Origin: Vicinamibacterales bacterium
GTDB lineage: Bacteria; Acidobacteriota; Vicinamibacteria; Vicinamibacterales; UBA2999
Length of the DNA stretch: 57,895 bases
Reading direction: 5' to 3'
Assembly: GCA_050747925.1 (NCBI GenBank)
Contig: JBOGIV010000566.1
Span: forward strand, 1 to 57,895
Shown here: piece by piece, positions 1-9,229 of the stretch
Position numbering within the stretch: the stretch's first letter is position 1
How the letters are laid out: every line of letters begins with the position of its first letter
Program-made: the position numbers and the translations under genes
Notes under the pieces: model-generated
What the model was told of the DNA's origin: nothing
Seen by the model: the letters and a program-made list of their open reading frames with translations, nothing else
Database searches by the model: none

Positions 1-2
1 TG

Positions 3-416
3 TGTGAGTACTCGTGGCCCGGGAATGTCCGGCAAGTCGAGAATGTCGTCGAACGTCTGGTCGTGACTGGCCGTCGCGAGCTTGTGCACGTCGAGGCGCT
101 GCCGGGCGAAATTCGGCAACATCTCTCGCGGAGCGCCCAGGGCGCCCGCGAGCGGGATCTGACTGTTGCCGATAACCTCTTCCGGCAGCTGGTCGATAAC
201 CGGGAGTCCTTTTGGACGGCTGTCTATCCCCTCTATATGCGTCGAGAAATCACGAGAAACCAGGTGCGCGATCTCGTGCGCAGGGGCCTGGAACAGGCGA
301 GGGGCAACTATCGCATCGTCCTCCGCCTCTTCAACATGGAGGCGAGCGACTACAAGCGTTTTCTCAGCTTCCTTCGGAAGCATGATTGTCAGCTTCCGTT
401 CAAAGAGTATCGGTGA
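3..416 (+). CDS. sigma-54-dependent Fis-family transcriptional activator, C-terminal fragment (5' end outside window; PrsR-like by context)
   Basis: Frame 3 is open from nt 3 and reads CEYSWPGNVRQVENVVERLVV, the WPGNVR..EN signature at the end of sigma-54 activator AAA+ domains. It continues into ORF 63..416, which has a helix-turn-helix-like tail (GNYRIVLRLFNMEASDYKRFLSFLRKH). The stop lies 3 nt before the next gene. Confidence 0.75.
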   Translation, partial: CEYSWPGNVRQVENVVERLVVTGRRELVHVEALPGEIRQHLSRSAQGARERDLTVADNLFRQLVDNRESFWTAVYPLYMRREITRNQVRDLVRRGLEQARGNYRIVLRLFNMEASDYKRFLSFLRKHDCQLPFKEYR

Positions 417-419
417 CCT

Positions 420-1061
420 ATGGGTACTTCAACTCACCTCTCTCGTTTTCTCGCAGTCGCTGTTCTGGCGTGGCTTCAACTTGCGGTTGGACTGAACGCG
501 AGCGCGCAGTCGACCGGTTCTCCGAATGGTCGTCCGCCCGCTGCAGTGCCAACGGCGGTCGCTGCGCCACTGGACTATGTGATCGGGCCCGATGACATTC
601 TGACGATTAGCTTTTGGCGCGACAAGGACCTGTCAGCAGAAGTCGTTGTGCGGCCCGACGGCAAGGTGTCGCTGCAACTGATCAACGAAGTGCAAGCGGC
701 CGGGTTAACACCCGAGCAATTGCGTGTCTCGGTCACGCAGGCGGCGTCGAAGTTTGTCGAGGATCCCACGGTGACCGTCGTGGTCAAACAGATTAATAGT
801 CGAAAGGTATTCGTAGTTGGCCAGGTCAACAAGCCCGGCACGTATATGCTCGGGGGACCGATGACGGTCGTCCAAATGATCGCCGTGGCGGGCGGGCTCA
901 CCGATTTTGCCGATCGCGAAAACATTGTCATCGTCCGAGCCGAGCGTCGGCCGGACGGCGAACCCCTGAGTGTTCGGATCAATTACTCCGACCTGATGAA
1001 GCGGAAGAACTTGAAGCAAAACGTCGACCTGAAGCCTGGCGACACGATCATGGTTCCTTGA
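420..1061 (+). CDS. polysaccharide export outer-membrane protein (Wza/OPX family, PEP-CTERM-locus EpsE-like)
   Basis: Signal peptide MGTSTHLSRFLAVAVLAWLQLAVGLNASA. Poly_export-type motif PLDYVIGPDDILTISFW..EVVVRPDGKVSL. SLBB-like VFVVGQVNKPGTYML. Confidence 0.9.
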   Translation: MGTSTHLSRFLAVAVLAWLQLAVGLNASAQSTGSPNGRPPAAVPTAVAAPLDYVIGPDDILTISFWRDKDLSAEVVVRPDGKVSLQLINEVQAAGLTPEQLRVSVTQAASKFVEDPTVTVVVKQINSRKVFVVGQVNKPGTYMLGGPMTVVQMIAVAGGLTDFADRENIVIVRAERRPDGEPLSVRINYSDLMKRKNLKQNVDLKPGDTIMVP

Positions 1062-1068
1062 GGAAAGC

Positions 1069-2433
1069 ATGCGTCGTTGTCTCCTTCTCGCAGTGGCCGC
1101 TCTGGTGATGTTGAACGCGACGCGTGCGTACGGGCAAGTGTCCACTCCTGGGCGGCTTTATCGGGGATTGTTCGGCGGGAATACGGGTAACGCCGTTTGG
1201 AGTCAGTCGTTGATTTTTCGCGCGGGGCTTGGCGCCGGATACGACTGGGGGTTGTTTGTCGGCAACTCGGCGACGTCAGGGCAGCCCGCCGGCAACCAGC
1301 TCGTGAGCAGCCCGTTTCAGCACGGCAACGTTGGACTGGAGTACAGCCTGAGCAAATCTCGCTTTGGGATCAGCGCCAGCGCGGATGCGGCTGCCAGCCA
1401 TTACCCGACCCTGTCCCGGCCGACGCTTCCCAGCTACCAGGGCCAGGTGTCGGCTGCGGCACAGCCGTGGTCGCGCACCAGCCTGCGGGCGACCTATCAG
1501 ACGACCTTTCAACCCTTTTACGAAACGGCATGGTCTCCCTCGCAGTTTGGTGGGCAGCAGGCCGGGCCGCTGATTTACGCCGGACAAGGGCTCAATGGTC
1601 TGCTTGAGAATCACACGCGTGCCAACACCATCGTGGGTTTCCAACAAGGATTGTCACGTCGAGTGACCTTCTCGCTCAACTATGAGCGCCAGACGAACCA
1701 TTCGGAAGTCGCCGTGCGTGAACTGGACGGGCAGATTGGTCGAGCCAGCCTGACGCTCGCGCTTTTCAGGGGGCTTGGGGTCCGTGCCGGATACAGCGTC
1801 GCGGAGTATCGCTATGGCCGTTCGGCGACCACGGGCGCGTCGCCCTCGGGCTCGACGGCCTATCGACACGAGAATTTTGACGGCGGTCTCTATTTCAATC
1901 GTGGTCTTTCGTTGTCCCGTGGGCAGATGACGCTTTCGTTCAACACGGGCTTGGCGGCGATGCAAACGGGTGAGCAGAGGCAGTACCGCGTCGTCGGAAC
2001 CGCCAACCTGTCGCGAGACTTCGGGCGAAGGCGCACCGGAAGCATCAACCTGCTCTACGATCGAGGCTTCACCTTCCACGAGTCGTTCGGCCTCCCGGCT
2101 TCGACCGATCGCCTGGCTCTCAACGTTGGTACGATGCCGAACCGTAGAGTGCGGCTTGATTCGTCGGCGGGCGTGGTCCGCGGGCACGTCGGGATTGTCC
2201 AAACCAGCGGTGGAGGGTTCGAGAACTACTTCACCAGATCAGGAGCGCTCTTCGGCCTCTCACGGAATCTCGGTCTCGGCGTCGACTATTCCTTCATCGC
2301 GTACCGCTACGATTCGGGTATTGCGCTCGCCGTTGGCCCCACCGGCCGTGGCAGCCGCCACGTCGTTCGATTGAATCTGAACCTTTGGGCACCCATCTTC
2401 CAAACGAGAGGGAGAACGAATGTTACCCGGTAA
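1069..2433 (+). CDS. predicted outer-membrane beta-barrel protein associated with the EPS export genes
   Basis: Signal peptide MRRCLLLAVAALVMLNATRAYGQ. Gly/Ser/Tyr/Arg-rich sequence with alternating-hydrophobic strand-like segments (GVRAGYSVAEYRY, GLGVDYSFIAYRY). It sits between the OPX and chain-length genes. The function is inferred, not motif-proven. Confidence 0.6.
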   Translation: MRRCLLLAVAALVMLNATRAYGQVSTPGRLYRGLFGGNTGNAVWSQSLIFRAGLGAGYDWGLFVGNSATSGQPAGNQLVSSPFQHGNVGLEYSLSKSRFGISASADAAASHYPTLSRPTLPSYQGQVSAAAQPWSRTSLRATYQTTFQPFYETAWSPSQFGGQQAGPLIYAGQGLNGLLENHTRANTIVGFQQGLSRRVTFSLNYERQTNHSEVAVRELDGQIGRASLTLALFRGLGVRAGYSVAEYRYGRSATTGASPSGSTAYRHENFDGGLYFNRGLSLSRGQMTLSFNTGLAAMQTGEQRQYRVVGTANLSRDFGRRRTGSINLLYDRGFTFHESFGLPASTDRLALNVGTMPNRRVRLDSSAGVVRGHVGIVQTSGGGFENYFTRSGALFGLSRNLGLGVDYSFIAYRYDSGIALAVGPTGRGSRHVVRLNLNLWAPIFQTRGRTNVTR

Positions 2434-4006
2434 GCAGTACACAATCGACGATCTGAGTGGGATCCTGAAACGACGATTCTGGCTGCTGATCCTGCCGTGT
2501 GCGGTGGTGGCCGCATCGACAGCGTTGGTGGCGCGGCGTTTGCCGGATCTCTATCAGTCCGAAGCCGTCATCCTCGTGGTGCCACAACAAATTCCCGATC
2601 GGTACGTCCGCTCGACGGTGACCACGTCGATGGACGATCGGCTTCAGGCGATTGCCCAGCAGATCCTGAGCCGGACTCGACTCGAGCGGATCATCGAAGA
2701 GTACAATTTGTACGCCGCGGAACGACGCACCGTGATGATGGAAGACATCGTCGCGCGAATGCGGACGGAGATCAAAACTGCCGTCGTCAAGGGCGATGCG
2801 TTCAAAGTCACCTATCAGGGTTCGAACGCGCGCACGGTTCAACGGGTGACGGCGGCGATCGCGTCACTGTTCATCGAAGAGAGTCTTCGCGATCGATCCG
2901 TGCTGGCCGAAGGCACGAGCCAGTTTCTCGAAGTCCAGCTGGCCGACGCGCGTCGCCGCTTGATCGAACAAGAGAAAAAGCTGGAAGCGTACCGCATGAG
3001 ATTCGCGGGCCAGCTTCCCCAGCAGTTGATGTCCAACATGCAGGCCCTGCAGAACACGCAGGTGCAAGTCCAGAACACTCTGGATTCGATCAATCGCGAA
3101 CGCGATCAGCAGCTGATCCATCAGCGGCTGCTGGCGGAATTGCAGAGCAGCACTGAGGTGTCGGCGGCGCCATCTGTGATGCCTCCGACGACCGTGTCGA
3201 CGGTCGACTCTCTCGCGACCGGCTCGACAGCTCAGCAACTCCGCGCCGCCAGGGACCTTCTGGCGTCGCTCCAACAGCGTTATAAACCAGACTATCCGGA
3301 CATTCCCCGCGTCAAGCGGCTCATCCGTGATCTGGAACAGCGGCTCGACGCCGAGGCCCTGGCGCGACCGGTGTCGGTAGCATCGGCCGGCCCAGACCCC
3401 GCGCTGTCAGCAAAGGAGCAGGCTCGGCTGCAGCGTATCAACGACACCGAGGCGCAGCTGGCGGCCACGGAGCAGCGAATCTCGGCCCTTCAGGCGAACG
3501 AAGTCAAACTTCGAGCCCGCGCACAAGATCTCCAAGACAAGATTGACCAGGCTCCGGCGCGGGAGTCTGAAATGGTCGAGCTTACGCGCGATTACGGCGT
3601 GCTGCAGAGTGTCTACACGGGCCTGCTCTCGAAGAAAGAGGACTCGAACATCTCGGCGAATCTCGAACGGCGGCAGATTGGTGAACAATTCAAGCTGCTC
3701 GATCCGGCGCAGATCTCGGAACGCCCGTTCAGTCCCAATCGCCCGCTGATCAGCGCGATGGGCCTCGGCGCAGGCCTGTTCATCGGGCTGGCGATCGTCA
3801 TTTTCCTGGAGTATCGGGACAGCAGTTTCAAGACTGACGACGAGATCGGGAGCCTCTTGGGGCTGCCTGTGCTCGCGGTGGTCCCAGTGATGCGGTCGGA
3901 TCAGGAACGTCGCCGCCTTGGGCTTCGCCGTTTAGTGCTTGGTGTGAGCCTGAGCAGCACGGTGGCCGTGTGCGCGGCCATCGTGATGTACACGCTGGTT
4001 CGTTGA
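2420..4006 (+). CDS. polysaccharide chain-length determinant (Wzz/PCP domain, EpsF-like)
   Basis: N-terminal TM (FWLLILPCAVVAASTALVA), a long Q/L/R/E-rich coiled-coil region, and C-terminal TM segments (LISAMGLGAGLFIGLAIVIFL). It overlaps the upstream stop by 14 nt. Confidence 0.85.
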   Translation: MLPGKQYTIDDLSGILKRRFWLLILPCAVVAASTALVARRLPDLYQSEAVILVVPQQIPDRYVRSTVTTSMDDRLQAIAQQILSRTRLERIIEEYNLYAAERRTVMMEDIVARMRTEIKTAVVKGDAFKVTYQGSNARTVQRVTAAIASLFIEESLRDRSVLAEGTSQFLEVQLADARRRLIEQEKKLEAYRMRFAGQLPQQLMSNMQALQNTQVQVQNTLDSINRERDQQLIHQRLLAELQSSTEVSAAPSVMPPTTVSTVDSLATGSTAQQLRAARDLLASLQQRYKPDYPDIPRVKRLIRDLEQRLDAEALARPVSVASAGPDPALSAKEQARLQRINDTEAQLAATEQRISALQANEVKLRARAQDLQDKIDQAPARESEMVELTRDYGVLQSVYTGLLSKKEDSNISANLERRQIGEQFKLLDPAQISERPFSPNRPLISAMGLGAGLFIGLAIVIFLEYRDSSFKTDDEIGSLLGLPVLAVVPVMRSDQERRRLGLRRLVLGVSLSSTVAVCAAIVMYTLVR

Positions 4007-4013
4007 GGCGCCG

Positions 4014-5027
4014 ATGTACGAACAGTTTTTTGGGTTCAAAGAACGCCCATTCGATCTGACGCCGAATCCGCGATTCATCGTGCTGACCGCGTCGCATCGA
4101 GAGGCGCTCAGCAACCTCGAGTATGCGATTGCCAGCCGCAAGGGCGTCACCGTGCTCATCGGGGAAGCCGGTTCAGGAAAGACGACCGTCATCCGGACGG
4201 CGATCTGGAAGCAGCCCGCGCGCGTGCATTCGGTCCACCTGAACAATCCCACCATGTCGCGCGCCGAATTCTGTGAGATGCTCGCGACCCGCTTTGGTCT
4301 GTCCGATTCTGCCAGACGGTCGAAGACTGCCCTGCTGATCGAGTTAGAGGCCCTGCTGCGCAACCGGCGGCTTCACGGCGAGATCAGCCTGCTCATCATC
4401 GACGAAGCGCAGAGCTTGCCGCTCGAATTACTCGAAGAGATTCGCCTGCTCGCGAATATCGAAAGCGACGACGACAAGCTGCTCTCGGTGATTCTCGCGG
4501 CCCAACCCGAGCTGGCAGGCCGACTGAACAACCAGGAATTGCGTCAGCTGAAACAGCGGATCGCGCTGCGGTGCGAGCTGCGTCCGCTCACGTCGGGTGA
4601 GACGGTGACGTATCTCGAGGGACGCATCCGAGCCGCCGGCGGTGTCGGGACCAGCGTGTTCACACGCGAAGCCGTGGAGCTGATGCACGTCCGGTCACAC
4701 GGCATCCCGCGCACGCTGAACGTCCTCGCCGACAACGCCCTGCTGGGTGGCTATGCGGCCGGCACGAAGCCGGTCGGAAGTCAGACCGTGCGCGAGGTGT
4801 GCCGAGACTTCGACCTGGGCGATTCCAACGGCGAGTTCTCGCAATTGCCTGAACCCGGCGTGTCGGAGTCGTCACCACGGCCCGTTTCCCCCATGGGCCT
4901 CCCCCCTAGACCCGCGCTCGATCGGCAGACGGCGGTCAGAGACTCAGACCGAGACCACCAACCGGCGCAGAACGTGTTTGGGGACTTCGCGACAAAACGA
5001 AAGCGCTTTTCGTTTTTCAGGAACTGA
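4014..5027 (+). CDS. ExeA/GspA-like AAA ATPase (PEP-CTERM-locus secretion ATPase type)
   Basis: Walker A GEAGSGKTT and Walker B LLIIDEAQSL. The N-terminal MYEQFFGFKERPFDLTPNPRF is typical of ExeA-like proteins. Confidence 0.85.
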   Translation: MYEQFFGFKERPFDLTPNPRFIVLTASHREALSNLEYAIASRKGVTVLIGEAGSGKTTVIRTAIWKQPARVHSVHLNNPTMSRAEFCEMLATRFGLSDSARRSKTALLIELEALLRNRRLHGEISLLIIDEAQSLPLELLEEIRLLANIESDDDKLLSVILAAQPELAGRLNNQELRQLKQRIALRCELRPLTSGETVTYLEGRIRAAGGVGTSVFTREAVELMHVRSHGIPRTLNVLADNALLGGYAAGTKPVGSQTVREVCRDFDLGDSNGEFSQLPEPGVSESSPRPVSPMGLPPRPALDRQTAVRDSDRDHQPAQNVFGDFATKRKRFSFFRN

Positions 5028-5039
5028 GGAGAGCGACCC

Positions 5040-5951
5040 ATGGGAAGAGTGGAGGCTGCCCTGGCGAAGGCCGCGGCGGCCCGTGGAGCTGAAACTGAAG
5101 AAAAACCGGGCACGGCGGCCAGCGTGCCCGCTGCGCCTGTCGAACGTGAACGTGAACATGAGCGTGAACGTCAACGTGAACGTGAAAGAGCGCCTGAGCG
5201 CGCGACGGTGGTTACCACGGAAGTACGCGTGGAGGACCTTGACGCCGCAGTGTCCCGGAAGGTCGTGGTGGACCAGAAGATTCTGCCGGGTTCGCGCGAA
5301 CAGTACCGTCGGCTTGCCGCAGGCCTGCATCAGGCGCAGGCGTCGGCCGCCATCAAGGTGGTCATGATTTCCAGCGCCGTGCCCGGCGAGGGAAAGACGC
5401 TGACGGCGTCGAATCTCTCGCTGACGTTGAGTGAGTCGTACCATCGACGGGTGCTGCTCATCGATGCCGACCTTCGCCGACCGGGGCTTCATCGCCTCTT
5501 CAAGGTGCCGGCCTTGCCCGGGCTGACGGATTGCTTATTGGCGAGCGAGGAGCGCGCCATCCGCCCCCATCAGATCTCCTCGCATCTCTCGTTGTTGCCG
5601 GCCGGGACGCCGAATCCGGATCCGATGGCCGTCCTGACTTCGACTCGCATGCGGCACATTCTGGACGACGCTCGCGAGGCGTTTGATTGGGTGATTCTCG
5701 ATACGCCGCCGATCGGACTGCTTTCCGACGCCACCCTCCTCGCCGCGAACGTCGACGCGACGGTGTTTGTCGTGAAGGCCGGCGAAACGCCTTTTGAGTT
5801 GGTAAAGCGAGCCGTTGAGATCGTCGGATCCGATCGATTGCTGGGGGTGGTGTTGAATCGCGCGACGCCCGATCCGCAGCGGTACGGATACGGATATTCG
5901 CAGTACGCGAGCCGCAAGGCGGCGACGGGGAACTCCGACAAACCACAATGA
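5040..5951 (+). CDS. BY-type protein-tyrosine autokinase (EpsG-like; kinase half of a split PCP2 system)
   Basis: Walker A SSAVPGEGKTLTASNLS, Walker A' LLIDADLRRP and Walker B VILDTPP. C-terminal Tyr cluster RYGYGYSQYASRK. N-terminal MGRVEAALAKA. Confidence 0.9.
   Translation: MGRVEAALAKAAAARGAETEEKPGTAASVPAAPVEREREHERERQRERERAPERATVVTTEVRVEDLDAAVSRKVVVDQKILPGSREQYRRLAAGLHQAQASAAIKVVMISSAVPGEGKTLTASNLSLTLSESYHRRVLLIDADLRRPGLHRLFKVPALPGLTDCLLASEERAIRPHQISSHLSLLPAGTPNPDPMAVLTSTRMRHILDDAREAFDWVILDTPPIGLLSDATLLAANVDATVFVVKAGETPFELVKRAVEIVGSDRLLGVVLNRATPDPQRYGYGYSQYASRKAATGNSDKPQ
5142..5192 (+). repeat. imperfect hexanucleotide repeat (GAACGT)n inside the kinase gene, encoding an (Glu-Arg)n tract
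   Basis: The units read GAACGT GAACGT GAACAT GAGCGT GAACGT CAACGT GAACGT GAAAGA GCG, in frame, and translate to EREREHERERQRERERA. Confidence 0.9.
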
Positions 5952-7333
5952 GATTTCGTGTGTGGGCGCGACTCGTCGCTCTGCTGATCTTCGAGGCGGT
6001 CCTGATCGTCGTGGCCGTCGCGGTCGCGGCCTACCTGCGCTTGGGTGACTTCGCGTGGGTCGCCATCGTCAACGAGGGCGGCGCCTACAAGGCGCTGCTG
6101 CTGGCTGGCGTGACACAGGTGTGCCTGTTTTACGCCGACCTCTACGATCTGCGCCTGGTTGCGGAGCGGCGCGAGCTTTTCACCCGCATGCTCGAAGCTC
6201 TCGGAGCGGCATCGCTGATCCTGGCGCTGATCTACTACTGGTTTCCGGACCTCGTCGTCGGCCGCGGCGTCTTCCTGATCTCTGCGCTGTTCGTGATCGT
6301 GTTGGTTGGCGGCTGGCGGCTCGCGTTCTACTGGCTCGGGCCGCGACTCGCCCCGCGTGAGCGCCTGCTCTTGGTGGGCACTGGCGCCGGCGCGCTGGCT
6401 CTGTCAAAGGAACTGTTCGATCGCCACGAGCTCGGCGTCACGATCGTCGGCTTCGTTGATCCCGATCCGACGATGGTGGGTCAGCCGATGATCAATCCAG
6501 GCGTGATCGGCACCATCGAGGACATCCCCTCCATCGTTCGTGGCCTCGGCGTCGATCGCGTCGTCGTCAGCCTCACCGACGCTCGTGGAAAGCTGCCGAT
6601 GGAGAAGCTGCTCGAGATGCGTCTCGGCAGCGGTGTGGCATTTGATCATCTCGCAACGGTGTACGAAAAGTACACAGGGAAGATCGCCGTTGAGAATCTG
6701 CGGCCGAGCTGGCTGATCTTTGCTGAAGGCTTCAGAAAAACTCGCGCGCTGCAGGCCGTCAAGCGTGCGATGGACGTTGTCCTGTCGATGACCAGCTTGA
6801 TTTTCCTCGCTCCAGTCGGACTGCTGGTTGCCATTCTGGTGAAGCTCACCTCGAGGGGCCCGGTTTTCTACCATCAGACCCGGGTTGGGTATCAGGGCCG
6901 TCATTTCGTCGTTCATAAATTTCGTTCGATGCGGACGGATGCCGAGGCGGAGACCGGCGCGGTCTGGGCCTCGTCGAACGATGTGCGCGTCACTCCGCTG
7001 GGACGCTGGCTGCGGTTGACGCGCCTGGACGAAGTTCCGCAGTTGTGGAACGTGTTGCTTGGCGAGATGAGCCTCGTCGGTCCGCGTCCCGAGCGCCCAG
7101 AGTTCGTCTCGAAGTTGACGGAGAGCATTCCGTTCTACGGCTTGCGAAACGGCGTGAGACCCGGCCTCACGGGGTGGGCACAGGTCCGCTACACATATGG
7201 GGCGTCGGTCGAGGACGCGCTCGAAAAGCTCCAGTACGACCTCTTCTATATGAAGCATGTGTCGATCACGCTGGACCTGTTGATTCTCTTCCTCACCGTG
7301 AAGACCGTCTTGCTTCGCCGGGGATCTCAGTGA
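5948..7333 (+). CDS. polyprenyl-phosphate sugar-1-phosphate transferase (bacterial sugar transferase, WbaP/EpsB-like priming enzyme)
   Basis: N-terminal TM bundle and a Rossmann-like LLLVGTGAGAL. The C-terminal Bac_transf region reads KRAMDVVLSMTSLIFLAPV..LTSRGPVFYHQTRVG..KFRSM..DEVPQLWNVLLGEMSLVGPRPERPEF. Confidence 0.92.
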   Translation: MRFRVWARLVALLIFEAVLIVVAVAVAAYLRLGDFAWVAIVNEGGAYKALLLAGVTQVCLFYADLYDLRLVAERRELFTRMLEALGAASLILALIYYWFPDLVVGRGVFLISALFVIVLVGGWRLAFYWLGPRLAPRERLLLVGTGAGALALSKELFDRHELGVTIVGFVDPDPTMVGQPMINPGVIGTIEDIPSIVRGLGVDRVVVSLTDARGKLPMEKLLEMRLGSGVAFDHLATVYEKYTGKIAVENLRPSWLIFAEGFRKTRALQAVKRAMDVVLSMTSLIFLAPVGLLVAILVKLTSRGPVFYHQTRVGYQGRHFVVHKFRSMRTDAEAETGAVWASSNDVRVTPLGRWLRLTRLDEVPQLWNVLLGEMSLVGPRPERPEFVSKLTESIPFYGLRNGVRPGLTGWAQVRYTYGASVEDALEKLQYDLFYMKHVSITLDLLILFLTVKTVLLRRGSQ

Positions 7334-8211
7334 GTGGCATCGTGAACGCGATGACCATTGACGTCGAGGACTATTTTCACGTCAGCGCCTTCGACACGAT
7401 CATTCCTCGGGGTCGATGGGAGCGGCTGGAAAGCCGGGTTTGCGCCAATACCGATCGGCTGCTCGAGATTTTCGATTCGCACGGTGTGAAAGCCACGTTC
7501 TTCGTACTCGGCTGGGTTGCTGAACGATTTCCCGCATTGGTGTCTCGCATCGCCGGGCTCGGCCACGAAGTGGCCTCCCATGGCTACGGACACCGGCTGA
7601 TCTACCAGCAAACCCGAGAGGGATTTCGAGACGACGTCCGGCGCGCCAAGGACCTTTTAGAGGGCTCCACCGGCCAACGCGTCGAAGGCTATCGAGCGCC
7701 AAGCTATTCGATCACGCCGCACTCGCTGTGGGCGCTCGACGTCCTGGTCGCAGAAGGCCACTCGTATGACGCGAGTATCTTTCCAATCCGGCACGACCGC
7801 TACGGGATTCCGGGCTCGCCGAGGCATCCGCATGTGCTGCAGCGCGATTCGGGTTCGTTGATCGAAGCGCCTGGATCCACCGTGCGTCTCGGCGGCATAA
7901 ACTGGCCCGTCGCCGGCGGCGGCTACTTTCGCATCCTGCCGTACGGATGGACCCGGTGGGGAATCGCGCGACTGAACCGCAAGGAAGGCCGGCCCGCGAT
8001 CTTTTACCTCCACCCGTGGGAAATCGACCCGGCCCAGCCGCGTATTGAAGTGGGGCGACTCGGTCGCTTTCGCCACTATCGTAATCTCGACCTGACGGAG
8101 ACGAGGCTGCGCCGTTTGCTCGGCGAGTTCCGCTTTGGGCCGTTGCGCGACATTCTTGCCGCGTTTTGCGCGGCAGATTCTCTACGACCGAGTTATGTCC
8201 GTGCCGGCTGA
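7330..8211 (+). CDS. polysaccharide deacetylase (CE4/NodB-type, PEP-CTERM-locus subfamily-like)
   Basis: MTIDVEDYFHVSAF, ATFFVLGWVAERFPALV and GHEVASHGYGH. A GTG at 7330 overlaps the upstream TGA (GTGA). ATG 7351 is an alternative start. The listed ORF start 7045 is read-through of the upstream gene. Confidence 0.88.
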   Translation: MSGIVNAMTIDVEDYFHVSAFDTIIPRGRWERLESRVCANTDRLLEIFDSHGVKATFFVLGWVAERFPALVSRIAGLGHEVASHGYGHRLIYQQTREGFRDDVRRAKDLLEGSTGQRVEGYRAPSYSITPHSLWALDVLVAEGHSYDASIFPIRHDRYGIPGSPRHPHVLQRDSGSLIEAPGSTVRLGGINWPVAGGGYFRILPYGWTRWGIARLNRKEGRPAIFYLHPWEIDPAQPRIEVGRLGRFRHYRNLDLTETRLRRLLGEFRFGPLRDILAAFCAADSLRPSYVRAG

Positions 8212-9229
8212 ATCGGCAGGCCGTGTGTCCCCTGCGCTCTTCACACCCGTCCTTCAGGATCGGTCGAAGCCTCCCCGGCTCTGCTTGGTAGTGGACACGG
8301 AAGAGGAGTTTGACTGGTCGGCCCCGTTTTCGCGCGACAACGTCGATGTCTCCGCGATTGCTGAGGTCGGCCGGCTCCAAACCGTTGTCGGTCGCTATGG
8401 GCTCAAACCCACCTATGCGATCGACTATCCCGTCGCCTCGACCCCGTCCTCAGCTGCGCGGCTGGCGGAGCTTGCCGCACGCGGCGAGTGTCACATCGGC
8501 GCTCATCTGCATCCCTGGGTGAACCCACCTTACGCCGAGCAGATCAGCCTGCGGACCAGCTACGCGTGCAATCTCGGCGTCGAGCTCGAGGGCGAGAAGA
8601 TCGAAACCTTGCAGGCGGCTATCGCTACTCGCGTCGGCGTCAAAGCGCGCAGCTACAAAGCCGGCCGATACGGATTTGGTGCCAGCACCGCGGTCATTCT
8701 CGAGCGGCTTGGTTTTGACGTCGACCTGAGTGTGAATCCACACATGGACTTCACGGGAGATGGGGGGCCGTCGTTCAGGGGATTCACGACGACCCCAGCG
8801 ACCTTTGGCACCCAGCGTCGACTGCTCGAGGTGCCGTGCACGACCGGTTTCATTGGCCGCGCGCGCCGCATCGGGCCAGAGCTTCGTCGCGCGGCGTCGG
8901 CGCGGTGGCTCGAACCGTTTCGTGCCGTCGGTGTGTTGGCCCGGAGCGGCCTGTTGAATCGAGTGATGTTGTCGCCCGAGGGCAACACGCTGGGCGAAAT
9001 GCAAGACCTCACCAACACCCTGTTGGCGGAAGGCTTACGCACGTTCTCCCTCACCCTGCACAGTCCAAGCCTCAAGCCGGGCTGCACACCATATGTCCGG
9101 TCGGTGCAGGAACGCGACGACCTGCTCGAAACGATTGACCGGTACTGCGAATACTTCATGGGCCAGCAGAACGGTGTCCCCAGCACCCCGATGGATGTGT
9201 TCAGTCAGTTGGAGGGCCGCGCGGCATGA
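8195..9229 (+). CDS. second polysaccharide-deacetylase-like protein (WalW-type)
   Basis: LCLVVDTEEEFDWSAPFSRDN and ECHIGAHLHPWVNPP. The ATG at 8195 overlaps the upstream stop. The family assignment is by recollection of WalW-like N-termini. Confidence 0.7.
   Translation: MSVPAESAGRVSPALFTPVLQDRSKPPRLCLVVDTEEEFDWSAPFSRDNVDVSAIAEVGRLQTVVGRYGLKPTYAIDYPVASTPSSAARLAELAARGECHIGAHLHPWVNPPYAEQISLRTSYACNLGVELEGEKIETLQAAIATRVGVKARSYKAGRYGFGASTAVILERLGFDVDLSVNPHMDFTGDGGPSFRGFTTTPATFGTQRRLLEVPCTTGFIGRARRIGPELRRAASARWLEPFRAVGVLARSGLLNRVMLSPEGNTLGEMQDLTNTLLAEGLRTFSLTLHSPSLKPGCTPYVRSVQERDDLLETIDRYCEYFMGQQNGVPSTPMDVFSQLEGRAA

Noticed and set aside
7045-7329. Long N-terminal extensions of listed ORFs (7045.., 8135.., 15266.., 16155.., 48430.., 49547.., 53755..55962, 51613..52959, 26504..27841)
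   Set aside because: The extensions overlap the preceding gene in another frame and contain no family-conserved sequence. Internal starts coincide with the conserved family N-termini (for example MCGICGI, MRVLLLTHRLPYP, MMRVLYPL) and with stop/start overlaps.
8800-8825. Sigma-54 promoter search, because a sigma-54 activator is present: TGGCAC hits near 8806, 27364 and 57859
   Set aside because: All hits are inside coding regions. None has a TTGC element at the correct spacing (GG-N10-GC). This was an eye scan only, so a real -24/-12 promoter elsewhere is not excluded.
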